64,000 nt of DNA from a virus (Duplodnaviria; Heunggongvirae; Uroviricota; Caudoviricetes), in the IMG/VR virus record IMGVR_UViG_2541047879_000001. The stretch is one strand, 5' to 3'. The number at the start of each line of letters is the position of its first letter. Positions within the stretch are counted from its first letter, which is position 1. Both the position numbers and the translations under genes were made by a program. The notes below the pieces were generated by a model. It was not told the DNA's origin. It searched no databases and saw only the letters and a program-made list of their open reading frames with translations. Below, piece by piece: positions 1-9,368 of the stretch.

Positions 1-796
1 TCAGTTTGCGGATCAGCGCCTGGTCTGTGCCGAACGCTGCCGAGCCGGGGTTATATGACCAGCCCACATCCGGTGTCATGGTTCTGGTGCCATCTGAATA
101 TGTGGTCACCGGCATTTCTCTGACTTCTCCGGTCTGTTTATCCACGCCAGCCTCAACATTGCGGGTGGAGAGATGATCCTCACCGGATGAAACGGATAAC
201 CCCATTGCATCCAGACGGGCCTGAGACAATGGCCGCACACGGCAGCGACAGTTCCAGCCATTGGGCGGGTAGTGAGTATTCCAGAACGGATCATCATAGC
301 GGAATACCAGCCCGTTAAGGGCGGAATGTGCCGGGCGGGTGCGGCTGTCCATCACCGCCACATACTGCCAGAACGGATGCGTGTCCGTGTTGTTCATCAT
401 CTGCGTGTAACGCCCGGCATTGTAAGCCACACGGGTGTTCACGTTGTAAATCAGCGCCAGACGGCGGGGGCTGCCAAGCTGCACTTCTTCCGCGTTCCCT
501 GCACTGTCCACCACAATCTGCTTTCCCCACCATCCCAGCTTTTGCAGGCGGGGTGTCAGCGTGCGGATAAATGTTTTCTGTGAAATGCCCTCATCAACAG
601 CACGCTGCACTTCCGCCTGTAGTGTGGTCAGTACGTCCAGGCGTGCCACTTTTGCCGCCGTGAATGAACGGGCATGAACATCCGCGTCTGTTTCGAACCA
701 GTTCCAGCTGATATGCTCCCCTTTGGCGCGGAAGTATGCCACCGCCTCTTTTGAGGGAAGCGTGGCGGCATAACCTAAATCAATCCCCTGTGTCAT
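1..796 (-). CDS. Mu F-like head morphogenesis protein (partial, C-terminus beyond window start)
   Basis: Own reverse-strand translation from ATG 796-794: MTQGIDLGYAATLPSKEAVAYFRAKGEH... with ...RPAHSALNG...YPPNGWNCRCRV motif typical of the Mu F / SPP1 gp7 family; frame open to position 1; not in ORF track because it runs off the window. Confidence 0.7.
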   Translation of the reverse strand, partial: MTQGIDLGYAATLPSKEAVAYFRAKGEHISWNWFETDADVHARSFTAAKVARLDVLTTLQAEVQRAVDEGISQKTFIRTLTPRLQKLGWWGKQIVVDSAGNAEEVQLGSPRRLALIYNVNTRVAYNAGRYTQMMNNTDTHPFWQYVAVMDSRTRPAHSALNGLVFRYDDPFWNTHYPPNGWNCRCRVRPLSQARLDAMGLSVSSGEDHLSTRNVEAGVDKQTGEVREMPVTTYSDGTRTMTPDVGWSYNPGSAAFGTDQALIRKL

Positions 797-2378
797 CCAG
801 CATCCCCTTCATTTCCGCAGCGAACATGGCATCACTGAGCAGCGTCATCAGGCGGGAATCATCCATTTCACGATAAAGGGCAGGCAGGTCTGCCAGCGCA
901 TCCGCCAGCCCCCGCGTTCTGATGGCATCAATGACCGGCTCCAGTACCGGGTCGATGGCCTCCTGTAAGCGGCGGGCAGGCACCGCGTCCCCCATATCAT
1001 CCAGTTCATCACGCGGCGTGCTTTTCGCTTCCGGCAGTCTGGCTGACAGCGCCGTCTGCTCTGTTTTTTCCTGTTTTTCCGGTGGTGTTTCCCTGTCGGT
1101 CTGAGCCGGTTCATTGCCACTCTGACGGACACGGAATATGGCTTCACCGGGCGTGGGCTGCGGAATACCGGTCTGCTCCCGTATCCAGGGATCAGAAATA
1201 TCCATCCCCGTACTGAGCTGCATCACCGCACTGGTGATTTTGGTGATATCACCTGGTTCTTTGGTCTGGAAGCAGATACGTGGCAGACGGCGGATATCAA
1301 TAGTGTGCGTGGTGTTCAGGGCGTACAGCGGATACACCAGATCGCGGTTCAGGGTTGCAGCCAGCTGCCGTAAATCAGAATCCCTGATTTCCCGGCGCAC
1401 CTCGTTATGCACCTCACCCAGCGAGCGCGCGCCTTTGTCTCCGGCTTCCGTGGTCAGCGTGCCGCCGAGTATTGCTTTGGAGATGGAACGCTCCCCCCAC
1501 GAAATCATGGTTTCAAATGGATCGGCCTGACCGTTTGCTGCCGCCTGAAATTCCAGCGACATCCCGGCCGGGATGATCCCGCCTGTACGTCGCCCGATAT
1601 CCATCACCGCCCGCATCAGGGCGCTTTTCTGCTCCGGTGTTGCCCCGGACGGGTATTTCCCGACCTTCATCGGCAGTCCGTACACCTCCAGAAATTCGGC
1701 CAGATCGCGCACGGAATAGTTTTTGAAAATGAACGGCCAGATAAGCGTCCTGACAAGCCCCGTTGCGCCACCGTAACCGGTCCGTGAACGTGACTGATGC
1801 ACTATCCAGCCAAAAGGCTGAAACGCCACCCCGGCATGGCTGCCGTCACGCAGCCGCAGTTCGCTCAAATCATCCGGGTTAAGGCAGAAATGCCCGCTGT
1901 CACGCCAGCGGATGGCGCGGATGATGTGCATTTTACCGAGCATCCCGTGCTCAATTTCCATGCAGGAATAGCCCTTCAGGATGGCATCCGTGGCGTCAAA
2001 CAGCATGGCATCAAACCAGTCTGCGGAATGCAGATATTCGTCGAGCATTTCCGCGTCCTTTTTCTCATTCGCGCTGGCGTTCGGTGGCGGCTCAATACTC
2101 CATGGCACCCCCTGAATGGCAAGACGTCGCTTGCCCAGCTCCGCAAAAAGGTGGGTGTCCTTTTCTTCAATGTCAGCCGCCAGATCGGACTGGGCAATCA
2201 GGTCGCCACGTTCAGCCCCCCGAAGGCACTGCGCCGCCCGGTTCGGGGTGATACCCGAGGCGGGATGCTCAACATAACGGCTGGCAATCTGCGGAATATC
2301 CAGCGCGGTACTCTGCATCTCCGGGTCAAAGGAGAGAGGTTTTCCGTCAAGATCAATTATGCGTCCCACTACCAGCAC
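780..2378 (-). CDS. Portal protein (Mu gp29/H-like, DUF935 family)
   Basis: 532-aa ORF; N-terminus GRIIDLDGKP and overall similarity to Mu-like portal proteins; sits between terminase large subunit and F as in Mu. Confidence 0.8.
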   Translation of the reverse strand: MLVVGRIIDLDGKPLSFDPEMQSTALDIPQIASRYVEHPASGITPNRAAQCLRGAERGDLIAQSDLAADIEEKDTHLFAELGKRRLAIQGVPWSIEPPPNASANEKKDAEMLDEYLHSADWFDAMLFDATDAILKGYSCMEIEHGMLGKMHIIRAIRWRDSGHFCLNPDDLSELRLRDGSHAGVAFQPFGWIVHQSRSRTGYGGATGLVRTLIWPFIFKNYSVRDLAEFLEVYGLPMKVGKYPSGATPEQKSALMRAVMDIGRRTGGIIPAGMSLEFQAAANGQADPFETMISWGERSISKAILGGTLTTEAGDKGARSLGEVHNEVRREIRDSDLRQLAATLNRDLVYPLYALNTTHTIDIRRLPRICFQTKEPGDITKITSAVMQLSTGMDISDPWIREQTGIPQPTPGEAIFRVRQSGNEPAQTDRETPPEKQEKTEQTALSARLPEAKSTPRDELDDMGDAVPARRLQEAIDPVLEPVIDAIRTRGLADALADLPALYREMDDSRLMTLLSDAMFAAEMKGMLDDTGD

Positions 2379-4033
2379 CCCCGTTCAAATTCATGATATG
2401 CCTCATCGTCATCACGATAACCGCCCTCCATTGCCCGCGACCGCTCCGGCAGCGCCTGACAGGCTGATTCATCCAGGATGAATCCCTCCATGTATGACGC
2501 CCGGTTTGCCATACAGAGTGCCACGGCAAAATCACCATGGCGGCGGGCGTTCGCAGCCGTTGCGTTCTGGTCCTTCGTGCGCCCCTTGTCGATTTGCGGG
2601 ATACCATTCACCACCTTCACATGGCGCAAATCATCAAGCGTGGTCTGATGGCGGGCGACGAGGATATTCTGATCTTCAAACTCGGCTTTCAGTTTTGGCA
2701 TCCACTCGCCGTACCACTTCGGCGACAACATCACGCAGTCGATGATGTCCGGGCCAAAGGCCAGCAGTGCGGCTTCTGCCAGATAGCCGCCGTTACCGGT
2801 GGCGTCGAACGCCGCACCGACCAGCGCCGGAACGCGGGTCAGGATGTACATCATCACCTGTTCCTGCTGGGCATACGGCAGGTTGCGCAGCTCCACGCGA
2901 AACACCTCGCGCTTTGCCAGGGATTCGGTGATTTCCAGCAGCACAAAGCAGGACAGGTCACCGGTGCGGGCAAAGTCTTCCCCGAAGCTGAAGCGGGAAC
3001 GGGGATTTAATTTCTCTAAAAGCGGTTTTAAATGTTCTTCACACCAGGTTAAAACTTCCGATTCACGCAGCCATGCGGCACGGCTGATGAAGTTGTCCGG
3101 GGCTTCAAACGTCAGAATCGGGATGTCGCGGATCATCGCCATTTCAATAAGCGCGTGAGGAATATAGGCACCGCCGGATTTTTTCGGGATACAGCCGTAT
3201 TCCTCGTCGGCATCCTCACGGGTCGGGGCGTTTTTGTAGAGATCATCACGCCATTTCTGCTCGCTTTCCGGTGACCATTCCTGATCGGTGACGTAACAGA
3301 TACGACGGTACAGCCCGTCCGCAATGGCATCATCCAGGGTTATGCGGTGGACGCTGTAATCCTTGCGCCCCTCGCGGGCTTCCTGAATGTACTGATTAAA
3401 CAGATTATCGACGCCGTTATGCGTGGAGATAATACGCACGCGCGCGCCCCACATAGTGAGCGCCATTGCCGCCTTGAGAAGCTCATCCAGTGACTCGTGG
3501 AACGCGGCTTCATCAATCACCACATCCCCCTGAAGGCCGCGCAGGTTTGACGGACGGGAAGACAGTGCCTGAATTTTGAATCCACTGTTCGGAAAGCGGA
3601 TCATGTAGGTCAGAATTTCTTCTTTTTTATCCCGATCCCAGAAGGTCTGCTCATACACATCAGCATCCGCCAGCTGGTTAAAGGCGCGGGAGAACAGGGC
3701 GCAGGCAGAAATATATTCCAGCGCCATCTCCTGCTTTGATCCCACATAAAACACATTGCGGCCACCACGACGCTTCGGTTTTGCAGCAGTAATGACGTTA
3801 CGCCCGGCTTCCGCCCAGGTAAGACCGGTGCGGCGGGATTTTTCCGCAATGCAGACCTGACTTTCATCCTCAAACCAGCGGGCCTGATAATCCAGAAACA
3901 CCGGCATATCACCGGGCAAATCAAGTCTGTCCGGCACATCCACGCCCAGCAGGGCTTTTTCACCGGACAGATCAATTTTGCGGGGAGGCGTCATTTGTAT
4001 CAGTGAAGGAGACGTTTCTTTGGCTTTGTTCAT
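2369..4033 (-). CDS. Terminase large subunit (Mu gp28-like)
   Basis: 554-aa ORF directly upstream of the portal gene with 10-nt overlap; ATPase/nuclease-sized; Mu gene order. Confidence 0.75.
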   Translation of the reverse strand: MNKAKETSPSLIQMTPPRKIDLSGEKALLGVDVPDRLDLPGDMPVFLDYQARWFEDESQVCIAEKSRRTGLTWAEAGRNVITAAKPKRRGGRNVFYVGSKQEMALEYISACALFSRAFNQLADADVYEQTFWDRDKKEEILTYMIRFPNSGFKIQALSSRPSNLRGLQGDVVIDEAAFHESLDELLKAAMALTMWGARVRIISTHNGVDNLFNQYIQEAREGRKDYSVHRITLDDAIADGLYRRICYVTDQEWSPESEQKWRDDLYKNAPTREDADEEYGCIPKKSGGAYIPHALIEMAMIRDIPILTFEAPDNFISRAAWLRESEVLTWCEEHLKPLLEKLNPRSRFSFGEDFARTGDLSCFVLLEITESLAKREVFRVELRNLPYAQQEQVMMYILTRVPALVGAAFDATGNGGYLAEAALLAFGPDIIDCVMLSPKWYGEWMPKLKAEFEDQNILVARHQTTLDDLRHVKVVNGIPQIDKGRTKDQNATAANARRHGDFAVALCMANRASYMEGFILDESACQALPERSRAMEGGYRDDDEAYHEFERGCW

Positions 4034-4281
4034 CAGGCTTTACCTGTCAGAATGCTTTTGATTCGGAACTCAAGCTCTTCAGTCATCACGTCCACGCCAC
4101 TCAACTCATCAGTGACAGCCTCTGCCAGCAGCGAATGCAGTTGTTCCAGGGATATTTCCCCGGCAATGCTGAGTTCAGTCAACTCACGACACGCTTTTAT
4201 GGTTTCAGGAGGTAACTGTGTTGCAAGACTGAATGCCTTCTGATGAGCACTACTCATCAGTGAGCGGTTATCTGTTACCAC
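4033..4281 (-). CDS. Small phage protein sharing a C-terminal motif with the upstream DUF3486-like protein
   Basis: 82-aa ORF ending ...AVTDELSGVDVMTEELEFRIKSILTGKA, paralogous to the C-terminus of the 193-aa protein at 4292-4873. Confidence 0.5.
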   Translation of the reverse strand: MVTDNRSLMSSAHQKAFSLATQLPPETIKACRELTELSIAGEISLEQLHSLLAEAVTDELSGVDVMTEELEFRIKSILTGKA

Positions 4282-4291
4282 GATTCACCTC

Positions 4292-4873
4292 CTACGCCTT
4301 ACCAAGCAGCATCTGCCTGATACGGAATTCTATCTGCTCGCTCATGCCATCCACGCCGCGCAACTCGTCGGTGACGGCGTTCGCCATCTCTTCAGCAAAT
4401 GCGGCCCGGATTTCTTTTTCACGCTTAATGCTGCGCTCGGCGGCACTTTCCGCACGCTGTGCCGACAGGAGGATGTCCTTAATAAGGCGCATATCCACAT
4501 CGCTGTCGCTGTTCAGGGATTCGGTGGCAGCACGCAGACGGCGGTACATCAGGGCGCGGGACATTTCCAGAATCAGTGCCGTGGTTTCACCGGTCGGCTT
4601 GTCCCCCAGTTCGGCCATCATGGCTTTTGTCTGCTCGCGTAAATCACGCAGGTTACGGGCAATCAGCTCATTACGGGAGGCCTCCCGGCTGATGGCCGCC
4701 GGTGAAAGCTGCTGCTCTTCCGGCAGACCCGCCTCACGGATCAGGCGGTTGATTTCCTCGCGGATCTGGACCTGCGTCAGGCGTTTTTCACGCAGCATTT
4801 CCAGCAGCGGCTTACGGATGCTGTCGGGGAGCAAATCCACCTTGCGTACACGGCCACGCGTTGGCTTATCCAT
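4292..4873 (-). CDS. Mu gp27-like protein (DUF3486-like; putative terminase small subunit)
   Basis: 193-aa ORF immediately upstream of terminase large subunit; N-terminal basic/HTH-like region; Mu synteny. Confidence 0.55.
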   Translation of the reverse strand: MDKPTRGRVRKVDLLPDSIRKPLLEMLREKRLTQVQIREEINRLIREAGLPEEQQLSPAAISREASRNELIARNLRDLREQTKAMMAELGDKPTGETTALILEMSRALMYRRLRAATESLNSDSDVDMRLIKDILLSAQRAESAAERSIKREKEIRAAFAEEMANAVTDELRGVDGMSEQIEFRIRQMLLGKA

Positions 4874-4875
4874 CG

Positions 4876-5166
4876 TTACCCCCTTGCGCGTGGTTTCTTC
4901 ACACCCGGAACGGTGGCGCGGCCTTCCGCCACATCCTGACCCCGGCCGGTCAGTTCAACGATGAAATAACCGTTAACAAGCGTGCGCTTACGCACCAGTC
5001 CCTGCTCGGCAAGCCAGGCAATATGGGTATGCACGGTGTCGCGGGACACGCGGTGGCCGTAATCATCCAGGCAGTCCTGAAGCACGGATTCGCCCAGTTC
5101 GCCGTTGTAATCCGCCAGCGACCGCAGAATGACAAGACGCTGATCTTCAGTAATGAAATCACTCAT
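4876..5166 (-). CDS. Mu gp26-like phage protein
   Basis: 96-aa ORF in operon, position equivalent to Mu gp26. Confidence 0.45.
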   Translation of the reverse strand: MSDFITEDQRLVILRSLADYNGELGESVLQDCLDDYGHRVSRDTVHTHIAWLAEQGLVRKRTLVNGYFIVELTGRGQDVAEGRATVPGVKKPRARG

Positions 5167-5470
5167 TGTGTTTTTTCCTTACAGCCTGCTCCAGCAGCAG
5201 TTCGTTCTGGTGGGAGACGGATTTCAGGGTGGCATTGGTGGCCTTAAGCTCACCGCGCAGGGTGGTGATTTCGATATTGAGTCTGTTCACCTCCTGCTGC
5301 GTGGGCAGGCCGGAAATCCGGCTCTCCACCCGCTCAACCCGGTCGGAGAGTTTTTCAAAGGCCTCGCGGGGGACAAAGGTTTTGCGCATCAGCGCCATAA
5401 AGATCCCCCCGGCCGTGGCCGTTGCCGACAGGATCGGCACGACATAATCTTTAACGATGCTGATCCACAT
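5159..5470 (-). CDS. Small membrane/coiled-coil phage protein (Mu gp25-like)
   Basis: 103-aa ORF with N-terminal hydrophobic segment (ILSATATAGGIFMALM) followed by coiled-coil-like sequence. Confidence 0.45.
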   Translation of the reverse strand: MWISIVKDYVVPILSATATAGGIFMALMRKTFVPREAFEKLSDRVERVESRISGLPTQQEVNRLNIEITTLRGELKATNATLKSVSHQNELLLEQAVRKKHNE

Positions 5471-5678
5471 GACCGGCCTCCATGATGCTCTGGCAGTTCA
5501 CACAACGGATGGCATCCGGCACGGCAACCAGACGGGCGGCCGGAATGTCACCCCCGCAGTCTGCGCATACACGCCTGCCCGGAGTATCCTCCACCCGGCA
5601 CTTACGTGTCAGCCGGTCACAAAGGGCGCGTTCTGTTGCCCGCTCCATGACTGCCTGAGCACAATCTGAATCATCCAT
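5451..5678 (-). CDS. TraR/DksA-family C4 zinc-finger protein
   Basis: CADCGGDIPAARL...CVNC motif; start chosen at ATG 5678 (MDDSDCAQ...) preceded by AAGGA; the track ORF extends to 5744. Confidence 0.6.
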   Translation of the reverse strand: MDDSDCAQAVMERATERALCDRLTRKCRVEDTPGRRVCADCGGDIPAARLVAVPDAIRCVNCQSIMEAGHVDQHR

Positions 5679-5688
5679 ACCTTTTTCC

Positions 5689-6060
5689 TTACTTCGTCTT
5701 TCCTGCCGGAACAGCAGACGTTCCGGCCATATCAGTAAATTCATGCTGTCGCCGTACCTCCAGACGGCGGATGCTGGCCTTGTCCACGTTGCAGTTCTTA
5801 ATCACCGCCAGCAGTTGCAGGTTGTAAGTGACCGATGCGCCAAACGTGAACGGCTGCGGCACAGAAGGGACCAGACAGTCAGCCAGCCATTCAGCGGGGA
5901 TCGGCACCGGCTTCACCGGCACGTATTTCACAGACGGCCCGCCGCACCCGGTCAGCCACATCATCAGGCACAGGAACAGCGGCCGCAGGCACCGTTGCCA
6001 GCGACCGGCGGACAATGCTCTGCTGTTCCTCGCTGTGCTGCATGTTCTGCTGTTTTTCAT
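5689..6060 (-). CDS. Putative o-spanin (Rz1-like outer-membrane lipoprotein)
   Basis: Frame overlapping the 3' end of the i-spanin candidate; basic n-region, hydrophobic core and lipobox LTGC, proline-rich mature part; start uncertain (6060 or 5964). Confidence 0.4.
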   Translation of the reverse strand: MKNSRTCSTARNSRALSAGRWQRCLRPLFLCLMMWLTGCGGPSVKYVPVKPVPIPAEWLADCLVPSVPQPFTFGASVTYNLQLLAVIKNCNVDKASIRRLEVRRQHEFTDMAGTSAVPAGKTK

Positions 6061-6241
6061 TCGTGGCCGCCTTACTGATTTGTGAAATGAGTTGCAGGGT
6101 GCGTTGCTGGTTTGCCAGCACCAGACGGGCTTCGTCCCGTTCACGCACAAGCACATGATTATTGTCCTCAAGGCGCTGCGTCTTCTGGTGCATTCCCCAT
6201 ACCACGGCAGCCAGCACACTCATCACCCCCAGCGCCGCCAT
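5891..6241 (-). CDS. Putative i-spanin (Rz-like)
   Basis: Start at ATG 6241 preceded by GGAGG 4 nt upstream; N-terminal TM segment MAALGVMSVLAAVVW then coiled-coil-like periplasmic region; downstream of endolysin. Confidence 0.45.
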   Translation of the reverse strand: MAALGVMSVLAAVVWGMHQKTQRLEDNNHVLVRERDEARLVLANQQRTLQLISQISKAATNEKQQNMQHSEEQQSIVRRSLATVPAAAVPVPDDVADRVRRAVCEIRAGEAGADPR

Positions 6242-6353
6242 ACAGCCTCCGGCAATCAGGGCTGGTAAGGGATTATTCACCGCAGCCACAGCACACCCCG
6301 CAGCACCACAACAGCACACAGCAGCGCAATCATGAGCGGTCGCCAGAAACGGT

Positions 6354-6854
6354 TCAGACTTTCGGCAAGTCGTAACGACATAACCATTCATCCGCCGAAC
6401 GGCGGGCCTCAAGACCGGGGAGTTTCACCCCCTTTGAATAAATCCAGCGGATATACTGCTTACAGGACGCGGGCATCTGCCCGGCATTGATAAGGCGCAG
6501 GAGCGTGGAGTTGCGAAAGTTCGTTTCACCGGCCCAGAAAATCCAGGAGGCCAACGCCACCGTCTGACCACGGGTAAGCGGCACCTGAACATGACGATCG
6601 ATAGCCGCAAAGGCCCATTTCATGTCCTTTTCCAGCAGCTCCAGACACTCTTCATCAGTTTTTGTCATCCCCGGTTTCACATCCGGGCCGGTATGGCCGT
6701 AACAGATGGTGGGGGTGCCGGTGGGATCAATGTACGTGGTGTTTTCTTTCCCTTCCCAGTAGCCGGTGTAGTGCGTGGCAATGGTGAACGTCCCGGCTCC
6801 GGCCAGAACAAGGGCAATCAGCTTTTTACGCAGGGGTGCGGGGAGTTTTGGCAT
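6354..6854 (-). CDS. SAR endolysin (phage lysozyme, GH24-like)
   Basis: 166 aa; N-terminal signal-anchor-release-like segment LIALVLAGAGTFTIA and catalytic region TICYGHTG resembling phage 21 R-type lysozymes. Confidence 0.8.
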   Translation of the reverse strand: MPKLPAPLRKKLIALVLAGAGTFTIATHYTGYWEGKENTTYIDPTGTPTICYGHTGPDVKPGMTKTDEECLELLEKDMKWAFAAIDRHVQVPLTRGQTVALASWIFWAGETNFRNSTLLRLINAGQMPASCKQYIRWIYSKGVKLPGLEARRSADEWLCRYDLPKV

Positions 6855-6925
6855 TGTTACGCTGTCTCATGGTGTTCTCTGAGTCAGCGTAACCGTGGGA
6901 AAAAGTGGGCAGGATTTGCGGAATA

Positions 6926-7348
6926 TCAGAAAAGCCGGGGCTGCGTGCGTTCCTGATGCAGGCGGCGCTGGTTACGGATAACGGAGTAAATCTGCGTCTC
7001 TGACATCTGGTAGTGGCGGCGCAGGGTTTCAATTTTTTCGCCCTGGCTCCAGCGGGAAAAAATCTCATTATTGCGCAGTTCGGTGAAAAGGGATTCACCG
7101 ACCGGGAGATAATAACCACGCCCGCCCATGTACCCGGCCTGTGCGGCCGCAACTTTACGGGCAAGCATTCCCGCCTGAGCAGGTTCAATCCCCTGACGGT
7201 GCAGTTCAGCACTGATCACATCAACCAGGTCCCGCAGCGTGCCGGGCCAGTTCTTTTTCAGCTCATCATCAGGAATATCATCCAGACGGTCAATCAGCGC
7301 GTGCAGCTGTTCGCTGTCACCAAACATGCTCATCTGTGTTTCAGCCAT
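6926..7348 (-). CDS. Mor/C-family transcriptional activator
   Basis: 140 aa; C-terminal HTH region IETLRRHYQMSETQIYSVIRNQRR resembles Mu Mor/C; located between GemA-like gene and lysis genes. Confidence 0.7.
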   Translation of the reverse strand: MAETQMSMFGDSEQLHALIDRLDDIPDDELKKNWPGTLRDLVDVISAELHRQGIEPAQAGMLARKVAAAQAGYMGGRGYYLPVGESLFTELRNNEIFSRWSQGEKIETLRRHYQMSETQIYSVIRNQRRLHQERTQPRLF

Positions 7349-7418
7349 ACCCGCCTCCGGTCATCATTACACAGGGCAAGTTTAAAATAAAAATCCCGCG
7401 CTGTGGCGGGATTTGGAG

Positions 7419-7931
7419 TTAACGGGGGAATGATTTTTCATACAGCCTGCAAACGCGCTCATAACTTATCACTGTACGCGCTGACATCCCCAGCACATCC
7501 AGCATTTTGCGGCGGTGCCAGCGTTTGAGACGCTCCAGCACATCAGAGGCCAGTGCGGGGTGTTGCTCCAGCCACTGCCAGTTAGCCACACCTTCACCGC
7601 CGTTCTGCGCGGCCGTCTGCGATTTCACCCAGCGGTTAATGGCGTTTTCCCCGCCATCAGCGATAAAGCCCTGCCGGTGCATCACTTTCCAGATGGCGCG
7701 AATTTTGGCGGTCACCGTCCCCGGTTTTAAGGCCCGGTTAACCGGCTTCTGACGCACTTTAAAACCGCGTTTTTTGAAAACATCCAGCACGCGGGATAAC
7801 TCATCCGGTGACATATCCCGGCAACTGGGTTTGCCGGTGGCTGCCAGTAGTACGGATGTGTAGGTCTCATGGTCAAGCTGTAGATCGCGTTTTGCGACAT
7901 GTATTAAGGTAATCAGGGAAGCGCGATTCAT
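7419..7931 (-). CDS. GemA-like protein (Mu gp16 family)
   Basis: 170-aa ORF immediately upstream of the Mor-like gene, Mu synteny. Confidence 0.55.
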   Translation of the reverse strand: MNRASLITLIHVAKRDLQLDHETYTSVLLAATGKPSCRDMSPDELSRVLDVFKKRGFKVRQKPVNRALKPGTVTAKIRAIWKVMHRQGFIADGGENAINRWVKSQTAAQNGGEGVANWQWLEQHPALASDVLERLKRWHRRKMLDVLGMSARTVISYERVCRLYEKSFPR

Positions 7932-7995
7932 TATCGTGTCTCCGTAACAACAGGCGGCATGGCAACGCCGCCCGGATAAAACTAAAGGTATCGAT

Positions 7996-8406
7996 ATGAA
8001 AATAGATTACGATGAAGTATTAAGTATTCTCACAACTTTTCAGGATGCTGAAACACCTTTCCTTACACTACAGGATCTGGGCATGGCTGAGGCAGAAGGA
8101 GAGGAAAAGGATAAAAAAGTTTTTCATCTTATGCTTCTCGCTGATAATGGCTCAATTGTTAATGGTGATATGCAGTCAGAAACACCCAAATATATTGGTT
8201 TCTTTTTCCATTCTCTGGGCGTTGGTTTCAGAAACACGCCCATTATGCTTACCCAGCAGGGGCATGATTTAGCTAACGCCCTGAGAAAAAAACCAATCCT
8301 TGAAAGAATCAAAAAGGAGTTTACAGACGCACCATTTGATCTAATTAAAGAAGTTACCAAATCAATGTTAACCAGGTTCGTCAAAGAACGTATTGGGATT
8401 GACTGA
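7996..8406 (+). CDS. Hypothetical protein (AT-rich, opposite strand to surrounding operon)
   Basis: 136-aa ORF, ATG start; only plus-strand gene inside the minus-strand Mu-like operon; visibly lower GC. Confidence 0.45.
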   Translation: MKIDYDEVLSILTTFQDAETPFLTLQDLGMAEAEGEEKDKKVFHLMLLADNGSIVNGDMQSETPKYIGFFFHSLGVGFRNTPIMLTQQGHDLANALRKKPILERIKKEFTDAPFDLIKEVTKSMLTRFVKERIGID

Positions 8407-8676
8407 ACAACTTAATTCAGCCAGTAATCGCAGGGCGGCGACAGCCGCCTGCTTGTCACTTCTTTTAGCTATTTCCGCAAGAGTATGCACAATCCATAAC
8501 GGACTTAACGCCACGGCTGAATCCAGAATCATGTCATCCATAATAATTTCTGGCATATCCCGCTTGTCACATTCTTTATCCATAAAAGAAACGAATTTCT
8601 CTGCATCTTCCGGTTTCATGCCTCCGGCGATAAGGATTTTGCGATATTCATAAGACGATCTTAATTCAATACTCAT
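8368..8676 (-). CDS. Hypothetical protein
   Basis: 102-aa ORF convergent with and overlapping 7996-8406 by 39 bp. Confidence 0.4.
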   Translation of the reverse strand: MSIELRSSYEYRKILIAGGMKPEDAEKFVSFMDKECDKRDMPEIIMDDMILDSAVALSPLWIVHTLAEIAKRSDKQAAVAALRLLAELSCSVNPNTFFDEPG

Positions 8677-8691
8677 TATTCACCTGCCTGC

Positions 8692-9084
8692 TTAATCTGT
8701 TTCCAGTGCTTTGCTACGGGCTATAGCCTCACATTCAAAAAATACCGACTCCGGCACGCGCTCTTTTAATTCACGAACAAGGAAATCATTAACGCGTTCA
8801 TGACGTCTTATATTTCTTTCCTTTTCCTCCTGGCGCAATACAGCAAGGCGGTATTCAACAGCCCGGCGTTGTTTCTGAAAGACAGCCAGTGCTTTTCTGG
8901 CAGCATTACGCCATGCATCATCGCCACATGGTGCGTATTCAAGCTGAAATTTAATCTCTTCAATAGTTTCTTTGATTTTTGCCAGCAAGCTAAGACAGTC
9001 GCTTATTGTCTCCAGCTTTTCATTATCAATATAACTTCTCACGCATTCACCTCCCGTAATTCCGGTAAAGCCGAAATATGACAC
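8692..9084 (-). CDS. Hypothetical protein
   Basis: 130-aa ORF in accessory block; charged coiled-coil-like C-terminus. Confidence 0.4.
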   Translation of the reverse strand: MSYFGFTGITGGECVRSYIDNEKLETISDCLSLLAKIKETIEEIKFQLEYAPCGDDAWRNAARKALAVFQKQRRAVEYRLAVLRQEEKERNIRRHERVNDFLVRELKERVPESVFFECEAIARSKALETD

Positions 9085-9368
9085 CAGTGCGTCACCTGTC
9101 CGTCTTCATCTTCAAGGCAGGCTCCGGTTTCTTCATCAACAAAAAAGCCTTCATACCCCATATGGCCGATGCGCAGCTCCTGACGGTGACCATACTGAAC
9201 AATCAGCACGACAGCCTCCATATCAGGTGGGAAAGCATCATTCAGTGAATGCCAGGGATAACCGCGTAAATCCCCGAAATAAACACCGGTCAGCGTTCCG
9301 CCACAGAGCGGCATTCCGGCGGCACACACAAGAGGTTCATCTGATTCAACAAATAAGGTCGTTATCAT
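9039..9368 (-). CDS. Hypothetical protein
   Basis: 109-aa ORF, translationally coupled to upstream gene (ATGA overlap at 9365-9368). Confidence 0.4.
   Translation of the reverse strand: MITTLFVESDEPLVCAAGMPLCGGTLTGVYFGDLRGYPWHSLNDAFPPDMEAVVLIVQYGHRQELRIGHMGYEGFFVDEETGACLEDEDGQVTHWCHISALPELREVNA

Noticed and set aside
272-583. Plus-strand and alternative-frame ORFs (272-583, 315-533, 328-570, 106-297) inside the F gene region
   Set aside because: They overlap a well-supported minus-strand F-like coding frame and translate to Arg/Cys/His-rich low-complexity sequence typical of off-frame GC-rich DNA
4233-4964. 243-aa plus-strand ORF antisense to the DUF3486-like gene
   Set aside because: Ser/Arg-rich low-complexity translation, fully antisense to a gene with conserved synteny; considered an antisense artefact
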